Below are positions 45,667 through 56,200 of a DNA stretch of 64,000 nucleotides, piece after piece. The notes below the pieces were generated by a model. The model was not told the DNA's origin, did no database searches, and saw only the letters and a list, made by a program, of their open reading frames with translations. Made by a program: the position numbers and the translations under genes. The stretch covers positions 62,001-126,000 of IMG/VR virus record IMGVR_UViG_3300044701_002789; one strand, given 5' to 3'. How positions within the stretch are numbered: position 1 is the first letter of the stretch; each line of letters begins with the position of its first letter.

Positions 45667-47312
45667 ATGTATGAAAACTCTGCTTGAGCATCGCCATATT
45701 CATCGGTATACCATCTATCACCATTATTATCAACAAAAGTATTTTCATCATTTATTCCATCAACAATAAATCCAAAAGGAGACATATCTTGCTCTACTTG
45801 ATTTTTTTGTTCTTCATATATCTTTTTTCTTATATCTTGATCGGTTAATTCTTTAAAATAATCTTGAAGGATTAACCAAGCATATATTACTAAGCACATA
45901 ACTAAATCATCATTTCTACCTTCTTCACACTCAAAAGAATTTCCTTTTTGTATAAATGTAGTTAATTCGTTTATGATTTCAAAATCTTCAAATATTAATT
46001 TAGTATCTTCAATTAGAGTTTTTAAATTTAAACATCCAACTTTTTTAGTAGTTTTGGACATTTTTACGCCAAGTTGAACTTTTTTTCCAGAAAAACCTTG
46101 TCCTAATATTTGTCCAGCACGACCCCTCATTGTGCTCATTAAAAGATTAGGATATTCTAAGTCGTAGTGTAGACCTGCAGCAACTTGATCTCCAATATCA
46201 TTTACTTCACAAAGTATAAATGCTTTATTGTAAGAAGTTGCAACTTCTTTTATTATTTGAGGGAATAGAATAGGTCTTATTTGATTGTTTCTATACTTAG
46301 CAACTACCTTATGTGGGAACTGTGAGACATCTATTACCAAAAAGGCAGAATAGTCCTTCTCAACGCCTCTAGCAACGTCTACAGTGACCACATAGGTGTG
46401 ATCTTCCTGTGGGTCTTCATATACATCTAAACCGGCACTAGAAGTCTTTGGATTGGTGAAAACTAAACGATTTAAAACGGGACCAGATATTAGTGTATCG
46501 GAAGATCCTAAAAATAGACATTCAAATTCCTGCCTCCATTGACTTTCGCTGGTGTTTGCAATGGTAGTTTTTTTGAAGTTTTCATCTCTACCCGGAACAT
46601 CAGTCCAATGTACTTCAATGGGAACATATTCGTTTTTATTCTTTTGAGCATCATCCCATAACCGATAAAAATGATTCATACCGTAAGGAGTGCTGACCAC
46701 GATAACCTTAGAAGATAATCCGGAAGTAATTACTGGATATACCGAACTAAAGAAGTTATCTGCAACTTGGTTTGGAACGAACGCAAATTCGTCTAAGAAA
46801 ATAATATTATAAGTTCCTCCACGGATTGATGATGCAGAGGTTGACGCTGCAGTAATTTTTGATTTATTTTCCAGTTCCATAGAACCTTTATTCCATGAAA
46901 CAACACCTTGCTGTAACCATTTTGGTAGGTTCTCATAACCTGTCTGTAGACGATCTAAAAGATCTCTGGCAGTAGATGCTTTGTTGGCAAGAATTGCTAT
47001 ATTTACATTATCATTAAAAATAGCATAATGTAATAAGTATGAAACTACTGTAGTACTCTTTCCAGACTGTCTTGGTAGTTTACATATACTAAAGCGGTTA
47101 TTGTGGAATGTATCTACCATTTTTTCCTGGAAAGGATACATATCAAATCCAGTTAAACCATGGTCAAGTGTTACGATTTTAATATAATTTCTTGCAAAAT
47201 ATACCGGATCTTGGGCACACTTGACCCATTCAATAATTTGATCTTCGGTAAATTCCATTTTGGTATTCGCTTTTTTTAGAAGCGGATTACCAAGATAATA
47301 CTCATCTGCCAT
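45651..47312 (-). CDS. gp17: Terminase large subunit gp17
   Basis: PRQSGKST, FLDEFAF, STPYG, DVARG, HDD-equivalent NDDLVM. Confidence 0.97.
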   Translation of the reverse strand: MADEYYLGNPLLKKANTKMEFTEDQIIEWVKCAQDPVYFARNYIKIVTLDHGLTGFDMYPFQEKMVDTFHNNRFSICKLPRQSGKSTTVVSYLLHYAIFNDNVNIAILANKASTARDLLDRLQTGYENLPKWLQQGVVSWNKGSMELENKSKITAASTSASSIRGGTYNIIFLDEFAFVPNQVADNFFSSVYPVITSGLSSKVIVVSTPYGMNHFYRLWDDAQKNKNEYVPIEVHWTDVPGRDENFKKTTIANTSESQWRQEFECLFLGSSDTLISGPVLNRLVFTNPKTSSAGLDVYEDPQEDHTYVVTVDVARGVEKDYSAFLVIDVSQFPHKVVAKYRNNQIRPILFPQIIKEVATSYNKAFILCEVNDIGDQVAAGLHYDLEYPNLLMSTMRGRAGQILGQGFSGKKVQLGVKMSKTTKKVGCLNLKTLIEDTKLIFEDFEIINELTTFIQKGNSFECEEGRNDDLVMCLVIYAWLILQDYFKELTDQDIRKKIYEEQKNQVEQDMSPFGFIVDGINDENTFVDNNGDRWYTDEYGDAQAEFSYMWNYL

Positions 47313-47332
47313 AAATCACCACTTTACCTTTT

Positions 47333-47602
47333 TTACCATTTTACAAGATTAGACCAATAAGCTGCCGACATCTTTCCTTTTGCAATGTTTTTTGCATGTC
47401 TTGATTGAAATCTATGTCTACGACTTGCATATTGCTTAGATTCTCCCTTCTTTTTAGGGGATCCTTTTACGCCACGTTGACCAAATCTAATGATTGTTTC
47501 TTTTCCATCTTCACATGCTTTGACGACATGAGATTTTCCAGTTTGAGAATCTCCTACAGGTTGTGCTTTAGGTTTGTTGCAAGGCATTTCTGCCTTACTC
47601 AC
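47333..47602 (-). CDS. Small basic conserved protein
   Basis: IIRFGQ.G...RF.SRH...SAAYWS...W pattern recognised from viral proteins. Confidence 0.7.
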   Translation of the reverse strand: MSKAEMPCNKPKAQPVGDSQTGKSHVVKACEDGKETIIRFGQRGVKGSPKKKGESKQYASRRHRFQSRHAKNIAKGKMSAAYWSNLVKW

Positions 47603-49152
47603 TTTTTTTCATCTAATATTTCAACCTCTTCACCCATAGTTTTTACATAGTTTTTGTTTGATCCAGGTTTTCCTCTATCACCACCTTGATTTGCATAAAG
47701 TAAGGGTTCTCCTGGTTTTAATTCGGAAATTCTATAAGTTACTACTTTAGATCCGGGATAAATTTTTTCAATCTCATAAGATATTTCTGCTCTTGACGGA
47801 ACCTTTGCTTGTGGGAAAAATATTTGAATAGAGTAATATTTACCTCTCCAAGAAAGAGTTACGAAAAGATTATTTCCAGTTTTAGAAGGCATTCTTGTTG
47901 CTTCATTTACTTTAACACATTTATCTTTTCCATTCTCAGTTCCAGCATATCTATAATTTTTCCAACACGCCTTTCCATCAATACCCTGCTCTTTTCCTTT
48001 TTTGTTTTTAGATTCTGTCCAAACTGGATTTTCCTCTTCAATAGTTCCCGCTTTTATGATATCAATAAACTCTGCATAGAAATTACCATTAGCGTCTCTT
48101 ACTGTAGTACTTTCTTTTTGAGTTTCCATTTTTTTCAATTTACTGTAGTAATCTGGAAGTTCATCAAGATGTTGAAGTGCTGTTATTTTTGCCTTTTGTT
48201 TATCTGATGTATGCTCAAGTTCAACTTTAGTTCCCATTTTAATTTGTTTTTCTATGTGCGCTAATGAAACACCATGTTTCCTGGCAATTTCTTCTACAGT
48301 CTTATATGGTTGAGTTGGTCCTTTTGGATCTTTTTCTTCTGAAACTGGACATTCATTCATACCATGTACAGGGCACTTTTTACCCTTTCCTGTGTGTGTA
48401 CATGAACCATCAACTGCTTTACCTATACCAACCTCAGTAGGTTTAATTTTTTGTCCAGGAACTTTGAGACCAGTTGGAAGTGGTTTGCATACCTTATCAG
48501 TATTGCACCAATACATTCCCTTACCACACTTTTCTTCGCCTAGAATTTTTTCTACTAATGAGATTTCTTCTTTTCTAAAATTTGGTAATTGCGCACCAGT
48601 TCCACCTAATTTTTGTGCAACATTTTTAGCAGCATTACTTTCTCCAGCAGTTCCTGGACTATCTATTTTTTTAGTAATTTTATTTTGTTTTGATGCTTTT
48701 TTATGCTCAGAACCTATAGTAAAACTTGTTTCTTCATCAACTTTTTCGTCACTTTGAAGATATTCTGCTGCAGTATCAATATAATCTGCTGCCTTAGTGA
48801 TTTTTGATTGAACCCAAGCAGGAAGTTGCTGTTTTCCTGATTTTATGGATCTTCTGAGGTTTTTAACAGCATTTTCTATAGAGTCCAACTCATTTCTTGC
48901 CATATATCCTTCATCATCTGTTTTCTTACCAGAAGAAATTTCTTTATGGTCTTCGTTTAGTTTTTTCATTTTTTCTTTAATCCAATCGTCTGGTGTTTTT
49001 TTATGCTTATTTTTAAAAGAATTGTGAAGTTCTTTAGCAGTTACCCCATAAGATTTCATTATTTTTCGCATTAACTTATCAATAGAATCGTAAGTAATTT
49101 TGTTTAACTTAACTAGACCAACCTCTAGTTCTTCTACTGCTTTGGATAACAT
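47599..49152 (-). CDS. Mosaic late protein with a DUF5661-like domain and several short modules
   Basis: GTKVELEHT...ALQHLDELPDYY; WVQSKITKA; ACWKNY...CVK; late box at 49156-49162. Confidence 0.7.
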   Translation of the reverse strand: MLSKAVEELEVGLVKLNKITYDSIDKLMRKIMKSYGVTAKELHNSFKNKHKKTPDDWIKEKMKKLNEDHKEISSGKKTDDEGYMARNELDSIENAVKNLRRSIKSGKQQLPAWVQSKITKAADYIDTAAEYLQSDEKVDEETSFTIGSEHKKASKQNKITKKIDSPGTAGESNAAKNVAQKLGGTGAQLPNFRKEEISLVEKILGEEKCGKGMYWCNTDKVCKPLPTGLKVPGQKIKPTEVGIGKAVDGSCTHTGKGKKCPVHGMNECPVSEEKDPKGPTQPYKTVEEIARKHGVSLAHIEKQIKMGTKVELEHTSDKQKAKITALQHLDELPDYYSKLKKMETQKESTTVRDANGNFYAEFIDIIKAGTIEEENPVWTESKNKKGKEQGIDGKACWKNYRYAGTENGKDKCVKVNEATRMPSKTGNNLFVTLSWRGKYYSIQIFFPQAKVPSRAEISYEIEKIYPGSKVVTYRISELKPGEPLLYANQGGDRGKPGSNKNYVKTMGEEVEILDEKK

Positions 49153-49158
49153 TTTTAT

Positions 49159-49614
49159 TTATTTTTCTGGAGTATTTAACTTATTTTTTAGTAGTTTTGA
49201 AAGTTCTGCAGTAGAACCAACAAACAGAGCATTGGTGACATTAGTTGGTCCAGATGAGCGACTACTACCTTCAATGTCTTTTAGTTTTTTCTGGAGATCT
49301 AAAAGTTTTTCTGTAGCATCTGCAACGTTTTTAATTAATTGACCAGCGACTTCATATGCTCTAGGTTGTTCAGATTCCTGAGCAAGTTCTAAAATCCCAT
49401 TTATCGCTTCTTGCCCCTTTTCTATTATAGAATATAAATTACCTCTAGTGTATTCATAATCTTTTTCAATATCGCTGATATTGGAAGTATTGATTTTTAT
49501 TTTTTCTTGAGAAACTTCAGCATTTGCGTCAATATTCTCATTAACAGTGCTTATATCTACAACTTCTTTTGTTATATTAAAAACATCATCTAAACTGTCA
49601 AAACTTTTAGTCAT
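49159..49614 (-). CDS. gp16: Terminase small subunit gp16
   Basis: DYEYTRGNL...PRAYEV...NALFVGST.EL. Confidence 0.9.
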   Translation of the reverse strand: MTKSFDSLDDVFNITKEVVDISTVNENIDANAEVSQEKIKINTSNISDIEKDYEYTRGNLYSIIEKGQEAINGILELAQESEQPRAYEVAGQLIKNVADATEKLLDLQKKLKDIEGSSRSSGPTNVTNALFVGSTAELSKLLKNKLNTPEK

Positions 49615-50612
49615 AAAAATTCTCCACTAAACCCAAAATCATCTCCAAATTCAATTAAATCATTATCTGCTTCAGTTATTAACTGTATTTCTGAACCAGA
49701 AACATGATCTGTTATTATGGTATTATAAGATCCCCTAACTACAGTAATATCATTCCCATCTATAGCAGAAACTAACATAGTCTCATCATTTATTGTGATG
49801 TATGATTTTTCTGTAATTGAAGATATATCATTAACTGTAAATTTAGTATCTCCAGGTTCAATATCATTATTTAAAATAGCAACTGTATTTTCCGAGTAAC
49901 TTCTTGTTGCTACTGGGGTTTGGGAATAAGTCAAATCTCTAGTGAGTGAATTTGAATCCCCAGAAACAAATCCCAAAGAAACTTTTTTAATGATATCTTT
50001 TCCAACACCACCAGAAACTGGACCAAACAAATATGTTTTAGCAGTAAAGTTTAAAGTATAAATTAATGCTCTCCTTGTGGAAAAATCTCCTTCATAATCA
50101 TCTTGCATAGTGATACTATCTAATACTATAGGAATATCACGCTTTTCCCCAATAGTCTCTACTAAATCAATAGTTAAATTATATGAAGGTTGAAAATATG
50201 GTAAAATTTGCTCCACAATTTGAAGCATATCATCATTTATTTTACAAAATATAGATAGTTCAAAACTCATATTATAAGGTACTGGCATATACACTTTTTT
50301 CACATCAGTCCTATCTGAAACGGAACTAGTGATAAATGTTTGAGTTGTTGTTAATTTTCTAGCAGCATCATAAGATAGTCCAGTAAACTCAAATGACATT
50401 CTTGGTAAAGTTATTTGAACTGGTTTATTCAAATTTGGTTGTTGTTCTAATCTTGCAAGAAATTTCTGTGTTGGACCATATGCCAAAGGAACTTTTATAG
50501 ACGAAAATACATCATCATTATCATCTTTCTTTTTAATTATAATATTATTGAAAAGAGTTCCAAATCCAATAATAGTTTTACGAAATATTTCGTGATAAAA
50601 GTGTCCAAACAT
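49611..50612 (-). CDS. gp15: Tail terminator / sheath stabiliser gp15
   Basis: FGTLFNNI, VPLAYGP, LPRMSF, QIVEQILPYFQP. Confidence 0.92.
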   Translation of the reverse strand: MFGHFYHEIFRKTIIGFGTLFNNIIIKKKDDNDDVFSSIKVPLAYGPTQKFLARLEQQPNLNKPVQITLPRMSFEFTGLSYDAARKLTTTQTFITSSVSDRTDVKKVYMPVPYNMSFELSIFCKINDDMLQIVEQILPYFQPSYNLTIDLVETIGEKRDIPIVLDSITMQDDYEGDFSTRRALIYTLNFTAKTYLFGPVSGGVGKDIIKKVSLGFVSGDSNSLTRDLTYSQTPVATRSYSENTVAILNNDIEPGDTKFTVNDISSITEKSYITINDETMLVSAIDGNDITVVRGSYNTIITDHVSGSEIQLITEADNDLIEFGDDFGFSGEFL

Positions 50613-50629
50613 TTTCTATACCAGTTAAA

Positions 50630-52057
50630 TTAAGGATTCCCAAAAGGATTTATTTCATCAAAATCCAAAATTTCATCTCCTAAATCTTGGATATCATCAT
50701 TCTGCGCAAATCTATCTATAGTGCCAGATGTATTTATGGTTCTAATATTATAATTTGCTCCAGATGTTTCTCCTACTATGGTTTCTCCGGCAGAGAATTC
50801 TCCTGTAGCATTTGATACTTTTAAAATCTTAGTAACCACATCCCAGGACTTAACTCTTGCACTAATTCCACTTACAGATCCTACTACTTTTTCATTAAAT
50901 TTATATGTTCCCATTCCAACAATAACATCTGGAGGAGATATTTGAATAACAGGTGGTTCTATATATCCCAATCCAGCATTTTCAATTACAATTCTAATTA
51001 CTTGTCCAGAATTATTTATTATAGCATTTGCTGATGCCGCAAAAGATGATACACCAACAAATGAAACTTCTGGAGGTCTTAAATAACCAGATCCTCCATT
51101 TGTGACTGTTATTATTCCAAGTACACCGTCACCTATTGTTGCTACTGCAGTTGCTCCACTACCTCCACCTCCACGAATTACTACTTTAGGTGGTGTAGTA
51201 TATCCAGATCCAGGATTTGTTATATCAATACTTTGAACTCTCAATAATTTACTATCTGGTTCACATAAATCAACTATTCCTCCAATCATAGTAGCAATAC
51301 CAGTTGCTCTTGTTCCGGTGGGGGAAGTTGAAATTGCTACAGTAGGAGTAGATGTATAACTAGATCCTCTATCTGTTACTGTTATAGATCTTACACCACC
51401 ATTAACAATGGTTGTTATAGCACTTGCTGTAGATCCTAATCCAACTAATTGAAGAGTTTGTGTTACTGAATATTGATCCCTATCAGTAACAGTATCACCA
51501 GTACCATCACCATCAGAACCTCCTCCAGAAGGATCATCAATAAAGTCTACGCCAGTATTAATAAGCTCATCTTCATACCTAAACAATTCACATCTTAATT
51601 CATAAACATAATTTTTTTGTAATTGATAAAAAGGTTTTTCATGTTCAACATATTTTATTTCAAAAATTTTATTGCCAAGAGGGAAATATATCAAATCTCC
51701 TTCTTTAGGTCTAGATGATAATTTTACGTCAGGTAAATTTTCAATTAACGCTTGTATGTAAGTCTCCCATCTTTCTTTGGAAATTATTAAATTTAGGTCA
51801 TCTAATTCCTGTATTCCAAACTTTGAAAGTATAGTTCCTTGACCACCATAACCATCATAAGAATCTACATATGCTTCTATTGGATATGCAAAATTAAATT
51901 CGGATTGAACTACCTCTTCAATTACTTTATTCGTAGTTAAATACTGTCTTGGTAAGTAATATACTTCTACACCATAAATCTTAATAGATTCATTGATAAG
52001 ATCTTGCAATAGACCTTGTTCACTTTTTGATCCGTTTAAAAAGAATGGGTTTAACAT
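50630..52057 (-). CDS. gp14: Neck protein gp14 with inserted GxGY beta-repeats
   Basis: YYLPR, SKFGI, PKEGDLIYFP, FEIKYVEHE.PFYQL. Confidence 0.9.
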   Translation of the reverse strand: MLNPFFLNGSKSEQGLLQDLINESIKIYGVEVYYLPRQYLTTNKVIEEVVQSEFNFAYPIEAYVDSYDGYGGQGTILSKFGIQELDDLNLIISKERWETYIQALIENLPDVKLSSRPKEGDLIYFPLGNKIFEIKYVEHEKPFYQLQKNYVYELRCELFRYEDELINTGVDFIDDPSGGGSDGDGTGDTVTDRDQYSVTQTLQLVGLGSTASAITTIVNGGVRSITVTDRGSSYTSTPTVAISTSPTGTRATGIATMIGGIVDLCEPDSKLLRVQSIDITNPGSGYTTPPKVVIRGGGGSGATAVATIGDGVLGIITVTNGGSGYLRPPEVSFVGVSSFAASANAIINNSGQVIRIVIENAGLGYIEPPVIQISPPDVIVGMGTYKFNEKVVGSVSGISARVKSWDVVTKILKVSNATGEFSAGETIVGETSGANYNIRTINTSGTIDRFAQNDDIQDLGDEILDFDEINPFGNP

Positions 52058-52059
52058 AA

Positions 52060-52905
52060 TTATCCAATCATATCCAATGGTGGAAGTTCATACGTCAACG
52101 AGAATTTATCCATCAAAGAATCAATTTCTCTTTGTGCATCTTCTACTAGAGGTCTACCATCTATTTCAACGCCACCAGGAAGTTTCATTCCTCTAAATTT
52201 ATTTGAAAGATTATAACCCCATTGCCTTTTTATTAGTGCAGTTGTATACGCTTTCAAAAAAGAATCATTCCAAACTCTAGAATAGTCACTTGGATCTAAT
52301 AATCTAAGGCAATCAATAACTAAATATTGTCCAGGTTTTAAAGAAGACCAATCAATATCTAAGTATAGTCTATTTTGCCTCTTATTAAATCTTATTTGTT
52401 TTTGGGTTGTTAGTAAAAAGTCAATATCTTCCAAATAAGTCTTAACCATTGAATATGTCAATAATTCAGTAGATCCCCAATAATAAAGATCGTTTAAGAA
52501 TAATTGATATTTAATACTAAACATTCCACTTGATATAGAATTGGACCCTTCAAAATGAAATATTTTGTTTACTCCAAAAACATGAGGAGGAATAGACAAG
52601 TAATTACTATTTTCATAAAAATTAAAAGTTGTTGCTTGTCCATCAATAACAGAAGTTGTTGAGGTGGAAGCAATCCCAACACCACTAATTCCTGTTGCCC
52701 TTCCCCTATCAATATCGTCTTGTGTTATTTGATATTTTAAATATGTTTGATATGAACCATCAAAATGTCTTTGATGAAAAAATTGAAGGGCATCATCTAC
52801 TAAGTCATCAATTTGTTCTTCAGCAACATTAATTTCCAAAACAGGATATCCAAGTTTTCTCAAACAATAATCTACTAATTCTTGTTTACTTGATGGTTGT
52901 GACAT
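52060..52905 (-). CDS. gp13: Neck protein gp13
   Basis: YCLRKLGYPVLEIN, IKRQWG.NL.KF. Confidence 0.92.
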   Translation of the reverse strand: MSQPSSKQELVDYCLRKLGYPVLEINVAEEQIDDLVDDALQFFHQRHFDGSYQTYLKYQITQDDIDRGRATGISGVGIASTSTTSVIDGQATTFNFYENSNYLSIPPHVFGVNKIFHFEGSNSISSGMFSIKYQLFLNDLYYWGSTELLTYSMVKTYLEDIDFLLTTQKQIRFNKRQNRLYLDIDWSSLKPGQYLVIDCLRLLDPSDYSRVWNDSFLKAYTTALIKRQWGYNLSNKFRGMKLPGGVEIDGRPLVEDAQREIDSLMDKFSLTYELPPLDMIG

Positions 52906-53069
52906 TATAGTTTTGAAATAACTTCTTGTTGTTTTAAATACAATTTAATATAAGATTTTGCAAAATCTCTTAAAATATTAATATCGTCTATATTATCTAT
53001 CTCTCTAGATATTTTCTCATATTCAAACATTTTAGACATATTTTCTAGTGTTATGGCATCAGGATCCAT
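52905..53069 (-). CDS. 54-aa NblA-like helix-loop-helix protein; not in the ORF track
   Basis: MDPDAITLENMSKMFEYEKISREIDNIDDINILRDFAKSYIKLYLKQQEVISKL; TAATG overlap with gp13. Confidence 0.6.
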   Translation of the reverse strand: MDPDAITLENMSKMFEYEKISREIDNIDDINILRDFAKSYIKLYLKQQEVISKL

Positions 53070-53283
53070 TGGTCAAATTCCGCAATAAGGTTTTTATTTC
53101 ATTAATATCATCTTTTAGAGAATATATTTGATTCTCTAAATTTTTAATTTTTTCCACACTATTAATTTTATTTTTATATATTTCAACATATTCATTATAA
53201 CCATCAATATCAGTATTAATAATTGCATTATTATCAATATCACGAACCAAATGATCTTTTTCTTTTACTTTTATATGATTCAT
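53059..53283 (-). CDS. Small coiled-coil hypothetical protein
   Basis: 74-aa ORF coupled to its neighbours. Confidence 0.7.
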   Translation of the reverse strand: MNHIKVKEKDHLVRDIDNNAIINTDIDGYNEYVEIYKNKINSVEKIKNLENQIYSLKDDINEIKTLLRNLTNGS

Positions 53284-53293
53284 TTTAATTTAC

Positions 53294-56200
53294 CTATACT
53301 TTGGGTTTGATTGTTGCAATTGCTCTCAATTGACTTATAATTGGTGGCGTTGCTTGATTTGAACTAGACATCACAAGTTTAATTGCAAACCCATCAAAAT
53401 CTGGTAAATCGTCAATTGAATATTCATACTCACGGAATGATCTATCTGAAGATTGTTGAACAAAAGAGTCGGAAGAACCATCATTTTTTGATAAATCAAC
53501 TACTCGTTTAATTCCTTGACCGTCAATACTATAATTTGAATATCCTGGGAATAATTCAAAATATTGAATAGAATTTTCAGCATCACTTCTGAATAATTGG
53601 TACAATACTCTCATATCATTAAACTCATTTCTACTTGCAGTTAAAATAACTTTTAGTGAATTTGCAGGTATTTTAAGTCTTATAGGTTTAGATATGTAAA
53701 TTGCACTATGTTTGTCATTAATCAAACTTCTTACACTGTCATCATCAGCATAGTTAGAATTTTCACCAATTCCTAATGGATTATTAATTAAATTTGAAGT
53801 TAAAATCGCAGATGTTCTTATAGTATCAATAACCGGAGATACTCTAGAATCACTAGAATTCATTAAAAATTCCATAGTAAATGATTTACTTCCTGGAGTT
53901 TCGTTTAGGAAATTAGTTTCATTTATTTCCGAACAGATTATATTTGGATTTGCGAAATATGTAGTCTGATCAATTGGAATATCCACAAAACCTTGATCAA
54001 TGAATGATTTTTCATTGCCTCCAATACTAGTTCCACTGGTCGTTCTTACTCTTGTTGATATATTTGTTTTTGATGGTATAATGTGGGCAATATTTGGTGT
54101 TAAGGCTTCATATTGAATGTTATTTGATAAGAGAGCGCCAGATCTTCCAGTTTGTTCGGTTGATTGGAAATAAAGATCATTTGATCTATTAGTTCCAGTA
54201 CCTTCAGAGTCACTCATGTTCACTTTAATATGATATGAATTTAAATCAATTGCATGTATACTCTTATCAACATTTGTAAAATTATGAACTTTATTTATTC
54301 TTCTTAAGGAAATGCCATTAAATTCATACTTATACACTGGAACATTGGAATCATATGATTGACTTTGCGTGCCATCAATTCCTCTTTCTGTGGCGAAAAT
54401 TGTATTTTCCCCAGTAAGAGAAGTATATTTGATTATTTCATTTCCAATTATTACATATCCTGGATTAGATGTGTTAACTTCTTTTCCTTCAAAAGTTTCA
54501 AATCCCGAATTAGACAATACTGGAATAGTTAATGTTGAAGAATCAATTTGAGTAGATAACTTTGTATTAACTTCAGAAAGTGATGGTCTAACATCACTAA
54601 TTGAAACATAATTTTCGGAAGAATGCATACAATGGTTCATATGATATATTTTCATATGCAAACCATCATAATATTGATCTTCAATTATGTCATTAATAGT
54701 TACTCCAATACCTGTTGGAACTTCGGTTCCAGAAGAGTTTATATAATTTATTGTAGTCATTCCAGAAACGAATGTACCCTGTATATTGTCAATTATAAAA
54801 GAATTATTGACCGAAATAGAATCTACTGTAAGTTTTCCACCAAATCCAACATTTAACCCAAAATTATTTTCCGGAATGATTAAAGAGTCTCCAACAGAAT
54901 ATCCGAATCCTCCATTAGTTATTGTTGCACTTGAAATAGAACCATTATTGACAGTAATATTTGCGACAGCACCTTGACCAGAACCTGTTTCAGTATCTAA
55001 AATTACATTGGTGAAGGTAAATTGTCCGGAAGTTGGAGTATATCCAACACCCACTTGTGAGACTGTCACACCCAATCCAGATTGAGTAATACTACCTCCA
55101 ATTGCTACAAGTGTACCTGTTGCCAAGTTCTGTTTTAGTGTTATTCCAGGTTTTACTGTTGCTTGATTAAATCCTGTAGATCCTAATCCAACTATGATCT
55201 TTTTAGATAATGTTGTAAACTGATTTTCTCCAGTAACAGTTATTTTTTGATTTTTTAAACTCAATGTAGGATTGAAAAATCTAACCAAACCTTCATTTAC
55301 AAAATCTGCTCTATACAACCTATATTTAAGATCTTCTAATTGTGAAGGAGTCCAAGTAGATCCATTTTGGGATTTGAATAGACTTCCTAAAGTAGGTTGT
55401 GCAGATAATTTAATACCAGTTTGTATATCATCCTTACCAAGTTCCGCAACAAATACTCTATATTGAGGACTATTAGAAAGTAAAACTACAGCAAATTCCG
55501 ATGTTTGTTGACTTGCAATGGGCGATTGTCTTACTTCTAATTGTTGAGGACCTGGCAAATAAACTGGTGATGGGAAAGTAAACCTAGTAGCAACTGATCC
55601 ATTTGAAGATACTTCTATTTTGTCTGGAGTATAGGTTACTTCAGAGAATGGGATAACTACATTACTAGGAACTCCTCCACTCATGGTCCTTATTTGTAAA
55701 GTAACTGGAATGGAATCATCTTTAGTTTCAAAGAAAACATCTACGGCAGTTAAGAATATACCAGTATCTTCTCTAACATAAAATGATTGTGCTAGAGGAT
55801 CAACATTTTCCCAAACTCTGGTTTGGAAAGTTGGATTTGTTTGTTGCCTTCTTTGTGTGATTGTTGTTAAATTAGTTGTTGTATTTGTTATTGTAGTTAC
55901 ATTAATATTTCTTGCAGGAATTATAGTAACATTTCTAGTTGTTATGATATTACTTTCTGTTACATTTGAGACTGCAGAAGAAGAAAATTCTGCTTCTGCG
56001 GAACTTTCATTTACAGATTCATTAGAAATTTGCTGCAATGATTGAGTATCAATAACAGTAAATGTGTTTTCTCCATTAATCCATTGTGGATTACCTGGAA
56101 CATTTGGATCTGGAATGAACAAAGATCCTATTAATCTTCCTTGATTATCAGATACTAATCTAATATTTGAAATTCTTGCTATTGCTCCAGATTTTTTACC

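Noticed and set aside
5930-47312. Inteins or introns in nrdA, nrdB, gp41, gp43, gp20 or gp17
   Set aside because: Lengths and motif spacing are normal and the reading frames are uninterrupted
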